Assembly (NCBI RefSeq): GCF_024521635.1 | Contig: NW_026250421.1 | Location: forward strand, 740,954 to 760,953 | Length of the DNA: 20,000 bases | Origin: Tricharina praecox | Taxonomy: Eukaryota | Direction: 5' to 3' | Part shown: positions 8,778 to 18,811 of the stretch, piece by piece | Position numbering within the stretch: the first letter of the stretch is position 1 | Layout of the letters: every line of letters starts with the position of its first letter | Notes under the pieces: generated by a model | Seen by the model: only the letters and a program-made list of their open reading frames with translations | Databases searched by the model: none | Told to the model about the DNA's origin: nothing | Translations under genes and position numbers: made by a program

Positions 8778-11565
8778 TGGATCGAATGCCCCCACAACAA
8801 ATTACAGCCGGCCACAAGCCCGCAATCCAGCCATCCGGCGCCAACCCTCCACCCTCCACCCACCACCACCCGACTCACGTGCAACACTTCACTTGCGAGG
8901 GCCTGTACGTGCATAAAATGTATGAAAATCCTCAATATCGTGGTGCTGGCCTCGGGCAGTGGCCGGAGGATCGGATCATTCATTTACCTGATCACCGTCC
9001 CCGTGGTGTCAATGTTTCATACCAGAGTATGCACTAGCTGCAGACACGTCCGCTTCAGTACGACGATGCCGGGAACGGAACCGGAGCTCACATCACGGTA
9101 AGTTCTTGAGTCGAGTCGAGTCCCCTTCCCCACTGCACGCAACTCCCGCTAACACCTGAAGCAGCCTTTATCCGCTGCAGGCACATTTACCGTGCAACGG
9201 CACCCGGAGAGAGGGCCGAAGACACAAAGTCGGTCGCAGATTGCTGCTTGTAACAGTAAATGAGGCCGTAGTGCTTAGTGCTCGGCGATGTTCAGAGAGG
9301 AAGCATCGTGGATTTCCACATTGCACGGTGGCCAGAACGGTGGTTCGTCGACCATGCCGGTGGTGTCGTCGGTTTCCTAGGCGATCAGATCCAATGCTCC
9401 TCCATTTGGTGGGCAGCTGAACTCTGTTCCCCATGTGTTCGTTTTGCCTTCTGTGCACCTTGCGAAATTCCTAAGGGCTCAGTGCGGCGAAGCCGATTCA
9501 CCCGGAAGCGACGCATTTCCGAGAATTCCATGGCTCCCACCCCAGGCGCCGGTGCAGAGAACTTCAAATTCTGTGTCTCTTTCGACTACAGCTATGGTGA
9601 CTCCGTGCACTTACCAGCTTTCGGTGCCATCCATCGTGTCGGCACGTTCTCTTGGCGAGTGTGAAGCATCGGGATCTCAGAGCGACTGGCTGGTGATTCC
9701 CCATACAGCAAAGCGGACGCCAAGGATGGGAACATAGGTACGTTGGGATGAAATGATCGAAGGATCGACGGCCTCAGCGATTGCTTCCCCTACGGTTGTG
9801 ACTTTCAAGTTTCCACGAGCTTTGAAAGATTGCCCTTGGTGTCAAGCAGTCGATGACGTGGGTGTTCCCCGGTGGAGGAGTAACCGCATGCCGAAGCAGC
9901 AATTTCTGGTCTGGAGTCTTCCAACGACAGCAAATCGCTTCTCCTTCACAGGTTGGACGGAGCAGGTCATCAGACCCTTTGCAACCCCGGGCTGGTGTTG
10001 AATCACGGATGCTAACTAGCAGTCTATGCCAGAATCCTCCAATCACGGGCGTATCCAGATGTCCCCAACCGTACCGTTGGTGGACACGATGTTGGTCTCC
10101 TTGAAAGAATGCTATGTACCAAGCGAATCCAGCCGGGCTGTCACCAGCCACCGTCGGATGTTTTGCTGTACATGTGGCCAAGTGACTGCGCCACGGCTCT
10201 ATTGTAGAGCCACTCCATCACCACGGCCCGGGGTGAAAGAACCGGCGTCTCTAGAGTAGAGTACAGCCAGTCGAGCTAGTCCCATTCTGTCGTGCTGACT
10301 GATCAATTTGCCAAGCCCCCTGGTCATCTATCATCGATCATCAACACACTGGCGAGACCCGAGGATGTAATGAGAACTTTTTCGAGCTCAATGGGGATGT
10401 GGTTTTCGCTCTTGGAGTCTCCTCGCCGGTTTGTACGGGTGTGTCGAGGCGCCTGTTAGCCGCAGAAGCGGGTTTAGCGCGGTAGTCAGTTGTTTAGGTA
10501 TCCTCGCTTGCTCCTCTCTCGTTGTGTGAGCGATTCGCTGATTTCTCCTTCCTGGAAACATGTTCAGCAGTGAATCCATCACAGATGCCAGACATCAAGA
10601 TATGGTACGCGGTGGAACGTCCCTGGTGAAGCCGAGATGTGGATGCGGATGTGGCTTCGATGTCAATGTGGCTGAGGCCCGAGCTGTAGAGCTTTTGTGA
10701 TGTGCCCGGAGGCCAGAGCTCCAGGGCATGAACTGAAGGCGAAGGGCAGAGTTCTGCTCGTCGAAGGTTTGAAGGATCGTGGGAGAAAAGAAGAAGGTTA
10801 ATTTCGTACTGGCAAGAGAAGCGAGAGAAGGATGATGAAGAAGAGAGCTGCAGCTCTCGACCCTGGACTCCCGGGCTGGTTGACTTTGCCAAGGCGGCCC
10901 TGCAGTGGGTTTGCCAAGTCGCTTCCAGGGACGAGGCTCCTTCGTCTCTGGATCGCCAAGCCTTTATCCCGTGACGATCCTGCAGGTTTCGTTCATGTAA
11001 TCCTCGGCTGAATTCTTGTCTATTCTTATCACCGCGAGCTCCAAGTCACTACCCAGCACTCGTCAGTGCAATTGAGCTCCTCTATTCACGTGTCAGCCCA
11101 GTCATGATCTACCTATCACAGTCGAATGCTACGATGACCAAGCAAAAAAAAGCAACGGACAAGCCTTAGTCATCCGTTGGCACCCAGTCATGCTCCGACG
11201 CTTGGGTCCTTGCCTTGGCTGACCACACTTCTGTGTCGATAGGTACATACCAGGAATCGAAGCCAGGGATCGGAATGGGACCGGGACATCATTAAGGTAC
11301 CCTTTGGAGCCGGTCACTTGCCCCAAGAATGGCTTCAGAAGACTTATAAATTGACGGATGTTCACGGGCGGAAAGAAGCGTCAAGAAATCCAAGCGTCAC
11401 ATTTTTCCACATGGCCTTACATAGAAATATTAGACAGAACATGGTGGCCATCTATCTCAGAAAAAAAATTCAGGAACGCCCGAAAACGAAAGTGATTATC
11501 CCAAACGCCGTCGAAATATGATGCACGCCTCGCAAACTCCTCCCACATGCCCGCCTGCGCCTCCA

Positions 11566-12758
11566 CTATTTCCCGTTCATCTTCCACGTGCCCATCCACT
11601 TGCCCGCAGCAAATATCCACTGCCCGGCGACCACAGGCTCGCCCTTCTTGACCCTATCCACCAGGCGGTGGAGGGTTACAGTACCACCGGCATAGTCCTG
11701 CTTCTGGTTCTCCTGTACGGTCTTTGGGTTTGGCGGGAACGGCTCGCGGTTGACCGGCTTGGTCACGTTGTTGTGCGCGTCTGCTACTTTCATTGGGTCG
11801 CCCTGTTTGGTGCCGGTCAGCAATGGTCTCCCAGGTGGAAAAGCAGAGGGAAATGGGAACGGACCTGGTCAACGAAATCCAGCAGCACGAACCCGCCCTT
11901 CCGGCCCCACTCGCTCGTACACTTCTTTACGCCGTCCTTCAGGTTGCCCACCCCCGTGTCTCCATTGAGCGTGGCTGAATAGGTATCATTCGCCGCATAA
12001 AGACCCAAGGTCTCACTGATAGTTCTGTACAAGAACCTATTCATGAACCCCATCCTGTCGGTCGCCAGTACGTCCTTCAGCAGAGCCTGTCCCTTGAACG
12101 CCGACGGTCTCGTCGCATAGCAGGTATAGTTCGCCGGATCGAAGACTTCAAAATCAGTTTCGAAGATGTAGTCAAACTCCGGGAGGAGGTAGGGGACGGC
12201 CTTGACGTCGGCGGAGGTGCTAATGAAGGATACCAGCCGTTTCTTATCGAGGATCATGGACTGCAGTGTAGGCCACTGTGCGCCGGTCTCCGGGACGTAC
12301 GCCAGATCCGCCAGACCCGCGGCGACGAACGCCTCCGCGATGCGGGTGGGCGGGATCTTGCCATCGTTGACCAGGAGCAGGGTGACGACTTCGTTCTGGT
12401 GCTGGCGCATCCAGGCATTGATGCCTATCAACCAGTCCTTGAGCAATCCGGCGTCGAAGATGCTGCACGTGGTGTGGCACAGGCGGATCTCGTTCATTTC
12501 GAGGTGGATCTGCGACTGCAGTAGTCGGATCCCCGCCGATAGCTGGATGCTCGCGTTGTGGAACTGGTTGCCGCCCGTCGCGAAACTGTTTTTGGCCGTC
12601 CGTACGAAGGCAGAGTTGTGCGCGCCTACGTGCAGGATGGCGTTGTAGGTTACGTTGCAGAGGGACGGTGAGGAGTTGCAGGCGGTCACGTCGTAGGCTG
12701 CGGCGGCGAGGTGGACGAGCCCGAGGCCGGCGGACAGGAGCAGGCTGGAAAGACGCAT
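11566..12758 (-). CDS. Secreted PLC-like phosphodiesterase (PI-PLC X-domain superfamily); 2 exons (12758-11865, 11802-11566), about 376 aa
   Basis: Signal peptide MRLSSLLLSAGLGLVHLAAA; CNSSPSLC; catalytic-His motifs GAHNS and LCHT; QLSAGIRLLQSQIH; NEVVTLLLVN; FVLLDFVD. Intron 11864-11803 (GTCCGT, GCTGAC, CAG) joins in frame to GDPMKVADAHN. Confidence 0.92.
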
Positions 12759-13664
12759 GGCGGATGGTTCGGTTCGTTTCGTGCGGACGAAAGTGGGACG
12801 ATGGAAGGAAAGGAAAGAAAAGGAAAGAGAACGAGATATCGATCGATAGAAGTGCGAATCCTGTCTCCGGCCTTCTAAGTTGCTTTGTCGTCCTCAGCCC
12901 TAGCTGAGCTCAGCCCCACCTAGATCAAACAAAAATACCCCATCACCACCAATCCTGTGCCTGTGCTGCCACAAAGCTCAAACAGTAGAGTGAGGGGTGC
13001 CCAACTAGAATGCAGCGTGTTCGAGGTATCAAGGTATCTTTTCCAATCTCTAGACAAATCAGACATTGGAATAACATGCGGATGCTATTTCGGGCAGGGG
13101 CGACGTAAGGTGGACCCCGGCAATGGGCACTGGGCACCGGACATGATTGGGTACTTACTAACAACTGGGCACCGGGCTCTGGGCAGGGCTTTGAGGAGTT
13201 GCTGTTGAAACTTGAGCAGGCATGCGGAACACGCTAAGCTGCGTGATCCCTAACCCTGGGTGTGAGATCGTCTCCGGAAGTGGAGGCGAGACAGTGACAG
13301 TGGCAGCGGGGGCGGGGGGGTAGAGATGCTTCGCAGAGATGTCAGACTGAACGGGGGTTGCTGGAGATTCGAGAAGATCCGGTGTGATGAATACCATCAT
13401 CGGGTAGAAGTCGTGATGGAAATGACAAACGAACGCCGCGACGAGCATGGAGATGAGCCAATCATGAGCACGCATATATAGCACCTATAGCTGTCTGTTG
13501 TACACACATAGCTCCCCGCAACCCCACCATGTAGAGTGGATACAGCAGGTGTAGGCTAACCCCACCTCCGGTAGATATCATTGTGCCATCAAAATATCCC
13601 TTTCCCCTCAATTCTCATTCTCCTCCTCACTGCAGTTACGATTCACGCCGATCACGCCCCAGCA

Positions 13665-14432
13665 ATGTCTGCCTGTGCCTCCTATTTCTCGTCCTTCCTC
13701 CCGGAAACACTCGCAAAGTACTTCACGCGCAACCGCACATTCCTCACGCTGCTCCTGACCCCGCACCTGCTCCACCGGCTCTACGGAAACTACACGCTCT
13801 TCCACTCCCTCGGGCCCAGCGGAGTCCCACGGAACCCAATCGGCTGGGCGATCTCCTCGAGCCTCAAGCTCGTCACTCGGGAGACCCTCTCGACGACGCA
13901 GTACAGCTTGGATGGGCCTGCATATCTCGCACCTCTCCCCGCTCGAGCGGGCGAGCGTCCAACCAAGAGCTGGCATCCGGTCCCGCAGCGGCAGATCACG
14001 CAGCTGCCGTCGGAGGATGTGATCGAGGCGGTGCAGAGCGCGCTGCTGGAGATCCACGCGGAGTTCTACGACGTCACGGAGCAGCGCACGAGCGAGTTCG
14101 AAAAGCACGGGCAGGCGCTGTTCGTAAAGAAGGATGTGCCCGATGAGGGTGTGTCGAAGGCTGTGGTCAAGACGAAGAGGGAGGTCGCGCATGTGCACGA
14201 GACAGACGGGAGCGTGCATGTGGTTATGTCTTCGCATGCGGATTGTAGGGATGTTGTCGAGAAGGGGTGGGGCGAGAGGCATCCGCTCGCGGGTGTGGTG
14301 CTCGAGAAGGAATACCTCATGATTTATGCGCCGAGGGACTGGGATGAGGTCAACGTGGTGAGGGGTATTTTGGAGGCGGCGGTCAGGGGGGCGGTGGGGA
14401 AGGCGAAGCCAACGCCCGGACAGTGGAACTAG
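13665..14432 (+). CDS. Fungal luciferase (Luz)-family protein (Luciferase/DUF5519-like domain), 255 aa, intronless
   Basis: Motifs NYTLFHSLGPSGVPRN, LPARAGERP, PQRQITQL, TSEFEKHGQALF, TKREVAHVHETDGSVH, KGWGERHPLAG and IYAPRDWDEVNVV occur in the same order as the blocks I recall for Neonothopanus Luz. ATG in AGCA-ATG-T context. Confidence 0.85.
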   Translation: MSACASYFSSFLPETLAKYFTRNRTFLTLLLTPHLLHRLYGNYTLFHSLGPSGVPRNPIGWAISSSLKLVTRETLSTTQYSLDGPAYLAPLPARAGERPTKSWHPVPQRQITQLPSEDVIEAVQSALLEIHAEFYDVTEQRTSEFEKHGQALFVKKDVPDEGVSKAVVKTKREVAHVHETDGSVHVVMSSHADCRDVVEKGWGERHPLAGVVLEKEYLMIYAPRDWDEVNVVRGILEAAVRGAVGKAKPTPGQWN

Positions 14433-14525
14433 AAGAAGCATCACAGAGAGAATCGCATCATAGATGGAGATGCAAACCGCCCCCACCCCATAGAATATAC
14501 ATTATTTTTGCGATACTATGCCTGT

Positions 14526-15764
14526 CTAGTGGAATTCACATTGCCAGCCCCCATCATGCTCGTACCATCCACCATTAATCAGGTCCAATTCCGTGTCCCT
14601 CCAGTATTTCTCCTTCCCGTCGTGCTTAGTCTTCATATCCAAATCGCCAATTCCGCAATCGATACCGTCCACGCCAGGCGCATCCATATCGACTCTCAGA
14701 AACACCGTCAGATCCCTAACGGTCATGGCATCCATGAAGGTATCGGGGATGCTCCCCAGCGGCCCCTCCGGATCCAGCCTAATCTGAACCGCCGCAAGAA
14801 TGGGCATCAACTCGCTCCGCACCAGGAACGCAACCACCTTCGCCTCCAACCTCTCCCGCTCAGCCTCCCACGTCGTACCAGCTGGCAACACAAACCTCTT
14901 AGGTAGCGTTCCGGGTATCAGGAACCTCACCGCGCGCCGCACCCTCTCCGGCTCCCCCGACGCAAGGTCAAGCGGACAGAAACCCCGCCCACCACCCTTC
15001 TTCAGCCTCAGCGCACAGGTCCGGCAGTGCTTGGCGCCCCGGGGCGCCGACGGGCTCTGCACCACCCACTTCGGTTTGAACTCGACTAGCAGCTGGCGCT
15101 CCGTGTGCGGCGACATATCGGCGACGAGGAACGCGTGCGACTCAGTGGTCTCGAGGTACATCCCGGCGCGTTTCTGCGGGCGCCCGTTCCGAGCCTCGAG
15201 CTCCCGTAGCCGCACGTTTTCGCGCACGATGAGCGACGGTGGGAGGCGGACCAACTCCGTGGCTACCAAGAGATCCCGGGGGAAGAGGGGGAACGCAGTA
15301 GTCGTAAGGTAGGTGTATGCGGCTAGGTTGGGCTGGGCCGACGGTAGCGTCTTGCGGAGTCTCAGCAGACGGTTGGCGAGCGAGATTGAGGGAGTTTTGT
15401 CGGCGGAGTCGGGCTGGGCAATGCGAAAGATGATGTTTGCTGCGCCTTCGGCGAGGTAGGAGAGGGAGATTTCGAGCGGAAGGATGGGGTCAGTGGTCGT
15501 GGGGTCAGTCGTATTCTTCGTCGGGGCAGTTACGGAGGCCGTCATTGGAGGCGGGGTAGAATATCCGGTGAGGGTAGAGTCGGAGGCAGCAGCGGGCACG
15601 ACGGTAGCGGTGGAGGTCATCGTTTCGTTCGACGGCGGATGTGCGGAGGAGCGGTGTGGTGGTGGCAAAGGTGGAGGTGGTCGCGTGAAGAGGCGGGCGA
15701 CCAGAGTCAGGGCGAGCGCAGCCACGAGTGTCGCGACGAGCGGGAATAGGTCCCAGGAAGCCAC
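14526..15764 (-). CDS. IPK1: Inositol-pentakisphosphate 2-kinase; start either GTG 15764 (412 aa) or first ATG 15620 (364 aa)
   Basis: Ipk1 motifs YLAEGAANIIFR, LLRLRK, VEFKPKW, CRTCA, FCPLDL, AMTVRDLTVF and DLDMK in the expected order; intronless. Confidence 0.93.
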   Translation of the reverse strand: MASWDLFPLVATLVAALALTLVARLFTRPPPPLPPPHRSSAHPPSNETMTSTATVVPAAASDSTLTGYSTPPPMTASVTAPTKNTTDPTTTDPILPLEISLSYLAEGAANIIFRIAQPDSADKTPSISLANRLLRLRKTLPSAQPNLAAYTYLTTTAFPLFPRDLLVATELVRLPPSLIVRENVRLRELEARNGRPQKRAGMYLETTESHAFLVADMSPHTERQLLVEFKPKWVVQSPSAPRGAKHCRTCALRLKKGGGRGFCPLDLASGEPERVRRAVRFLIPGTLPKRFVLPAGTTWEAERERLEAKVVAFLVRSELMPILAAVQIRLDPEGPLGSIPDTFMDAMTVRDLTVFLRVDMDAPGVDGIDCGIGDLDMKTKHDGKEKYWRDTELDLINGGWYEHDGGWQCEFH

Positions 15765-16493
15765 GATTGCGATTTATCGAGGTTTTTCCCGTATGTCGGG
15801 AGAGAATTTGGTTCCTGCAACTTTGCGGGGTGTTATAGCGAGATGGAAGAGGGGCGACGACCGAGGGGCAGAGGTTATCGCTAGAGGGAGGGGCGACGGT
15901 GAAGACGCAAAATACCGTAGAAAAGTGGGGAGCGAGAGAGGGATAGAAAGGGAGAGAGAGGGGGAATAGAAGGTTGATCTTCCCCGGGGAAGCCCCCATC
16001 ACCCTCGCGCTTCGCCTCCGGTCCCTTGCTCCTCCAACTGGACGGGCCGCTGTTAGCGATAACCAACTAACTAGCTGAGCGTTCGTCTGAGTCCAAATTT
16101 TTCGCACAACACCCACGGAGCTTCCACCGAGATGCGCAATAGCGTTGTGTAACGCCACCATGGGGATCCCTCCCAAGACCACACAAGCTTCGAGGTGCCG
16201 AAAGCACGCAACTCAAGCGAACGAACGGGCGCGAAGCTGGGGAGGGGGGGCTGCGGATGACTGCCAGCCGGGGATTTACGAATCTGCGCCGCATTCTTCA
16301 GTCAGTATGCGAGGGCGAAACGGAGAAGTGTACTTTTGGGTGCTGCTTCTCCGAGTTGAATCACAAGGCCCACCCAAGTAGGTAATGCAACCGAGCGCAG
16401 GATTCCTTCGATTCCCAACTGCCAGTCGTCGGAGACTCTTATCTGCGGCGTGATATGTTAAGCAGCACTTCTTGAAGACCAACCACCGTTGGG

Positions 16494-16664
16494 GATTTGC
16501 GACCGGTTTCACTGCTACCATCATGGGTAGTACCTATGGTCACACCGCTTTCAACTTTTAAACGAGCGTGCTTCGTCTCTCGTCGACCGTTCGATTTGCG
16601 ACAGGTTTCACTGCTACACATAGTCACACCACTTTCAACGACTGTGCTTTGTCTCTCGTTGGAC
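16494..16664. repeat. Degenerate two-copy tandem duplication (about 99-nt first unit)
   Basis: GATTTGCGAC(C/A)GGTTTCACTGCTAC...GTCACACC(G/A)CTTTCAAC...GTGCTT(C/T)GTCTCTCGT starts at 16494 and again at 16593; the second copy has internal deletions. Confidence 0.8.
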
Positions 16665-17274
16665 ATCATTTTCTTTCCAAAAAATGTACCCAGTGCAATC
16701 CTCATGGTCGAAGGTTGAAGAACAAGACTGTTAAGGGACTTGGTTCCGGTTCCGAATCCCGTCACATCACATCGTGGAAAACGAGGCGGCCACTCATCGC
16801 TGCTCCCGCATTCGTTCGCCTCGTGCGCCTCGTTCGATCAGAATATGAGATGAGTACGTCGGAAACCTGTTCATAGTCAGCTGTGCGCGTACGCATAACC
16901 AAGCACCCTGTATTCTGGTGGCGCAAACGTCGGTCCGGTGAGTCTTGAGCCAGGCAATGTGGTTGCGCGCCGAGATACTGATCATGTTCGCGACTCAACA
17001 GAGACCCTCCAGCTTTCCAGCTCGATTATGTACTCTCTCCGCTTTGATTAAATATCTGTTCAGCCCTGTAGGCAGCAGGGCAGTTGGGCGAGTTGGCGAA
17101 ATGAAACGAGACGGGATGCTCCATGTCTACCGCTCTCGCACTATCTGATTACTCTACACGGATACGTATCGTTACTAAGAGCTGCATCAGCACCGGAAGA
17201 ACGGCATAGCCATGGATTGAAGACCCACTGGCCCTTACGCAAGGCACGTGCATATACCTACCTATCCCATCATC

Positions 17275-17364
17275 ACGCAGCGCTGTTGTTGGCCTTGCAG
17301 AATTTTGGGATGTCCCTACGCAACGCTGCTGTTGGCCTTGCAGCACGAACCTTGGGATGTCCCT
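17275..17364. repeat. Two-copy tandem duplication (43 and 47 nt)
   Basis: ACGCA(G/A)CGCTG(T/C)TGTTGGCCTTGCAG...TTGGGATGTCCCT at 17275-17317 and 17318-17364. Confidence 0.85.
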
Positions 17365-18811
17365 GTCCAGCGGTTGATATGGGCTCAGCATATTCGCTAC
17401 CGCGTGATATCGCCTGTGCCTGCGTAGCGCGACAAGAGGCAACATGGTATAATACATGCCGGGAATCGGGATGCAGCCCGGTAGCGGAAGCTAGGCTTAC
17501 CTCAAGCGCCCCACCACGGGAATGATCGAGCTATACACTACGAAGGAAGGAGCCACTGCTTGCCGCCGACGTCTAAGGACTGCTTGGACTTCCGTAGTTG
17601 AGTTTGGCCAGGTACGTCTTGCTGGCCCTGTATATTTGTTGGCAGCCACAGTTAGAACTAGTAGGTGCATGCTATCCAAACGACTTTTTTTGTTTAGTTA
17701 ATCATTACCCAAACGACTTTATCCGCTTCCCCGGCTGATGATGCGATCAGGCGAGTGATCGGTAGTGATATGTGATGGTGCTAAAAAGCGGCCGGTTTCC
17801 AGCAGTTCTGGGGTGACTGATATGGTGCACGGTATATCCAGACTCTGATGCCTGTACTTCCGAAAGGTTGAATCCAAACTTCCTCTTCCTCTTCCTCCAG
17901 GTTGTTTGGTTGGTTGTGGATGTTTTATGAAGCGGCCTTCAAGAATCAAAGCATCTAAAAATAGATGGTCCTCGGCACCCGGCCACAGCCGTGCAAGGTC
18001 TGAAAAGGGTACCGGGAAATTCACGCGCATCATTCCCCGACCAGAGAGTTAAAAGAAAGCTTGTTTCAGTTTGCTAGTCGCAGATCAATTGCTTTATCTC
18101 CCCGCGCAACAATCCCGAAGGTGTTCATCGAAGGCTGTGCACGCACTGTCACTCGAGACAGCTCCCAGTCGAAGCTACCTAGACACCATTGCCGCTTAGC
18201 TGCCCAGCTGACTGCCCGCACTACATTGATCATCGAGTGGTCAGTTAGCTCACCGCTGCTTGCAGGGTGTTACTGTGCGATGTCAAAAAATGTTGCATGG
18301 CCGGCATTGAGCGGCAAGAGGTACATACACATATGTACCTTCAGGCCAGCAGTACCAATCTACTTGGATAAACACCCCCTGGGAAAGTAACCCACGCCTT
18401 GGCCCTCGGCGACGAGTGTACATCTGAAGACATCATCTGCCTCTACTGATCCCAGTACGACCTGCCATTATCGCTAGAAGGGGCAACAGCTCTACCGAAC
18501 GCTGCGCAGCAGCATGTACAATATCTATTTACTGTACGTAGTGACAACGCCGACAAGGAACAAGGAATCCGATATAGACTTTTTTTCTCCCCGTCGCTGC
18601 CTGATGGGTTGTCGCCTTGCCTCAACTACAAGTTACCCACTTGGGAGTACGCACGTGTGTGTGGACTACCGGAACATATAAACACGCACGTACCCACCGG
18701 CAACAATGCTTTTCTCCCGCCATCCGTCGCAGTTGAGACGAATCTAATTTTCTTTACCCAAATTAATTTTTTCCTCGTTGCATTTTCGAGCATTCTTTGC
18801 ATATTCTCGAC

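Noticed and set aside
8211..9101. 296-aa Cys-rich ORF and overlapping ORFs (metallothionein- or keratin-like appearance)
   Set aside because: Stop-free only because the TGTC satellite lacks A; non-ATG start; similar ORFs occur in several frames and on both strands.
13581..13664. Signal-peptide-like extension from TTG 13581 on the Luz-like ORF
   Set aside because: The hydrophobicity is explained by a pyrimidine-rich 5'UTR, the TTG context is poor, and the ATG at 13665 gives a family-typical length.
13608..14486. 292-aa antisense ORF over the Luz-like gene
   Set aside because: Typical shadow ORF of a GC-rich coding sequence; no recognisable motifs.
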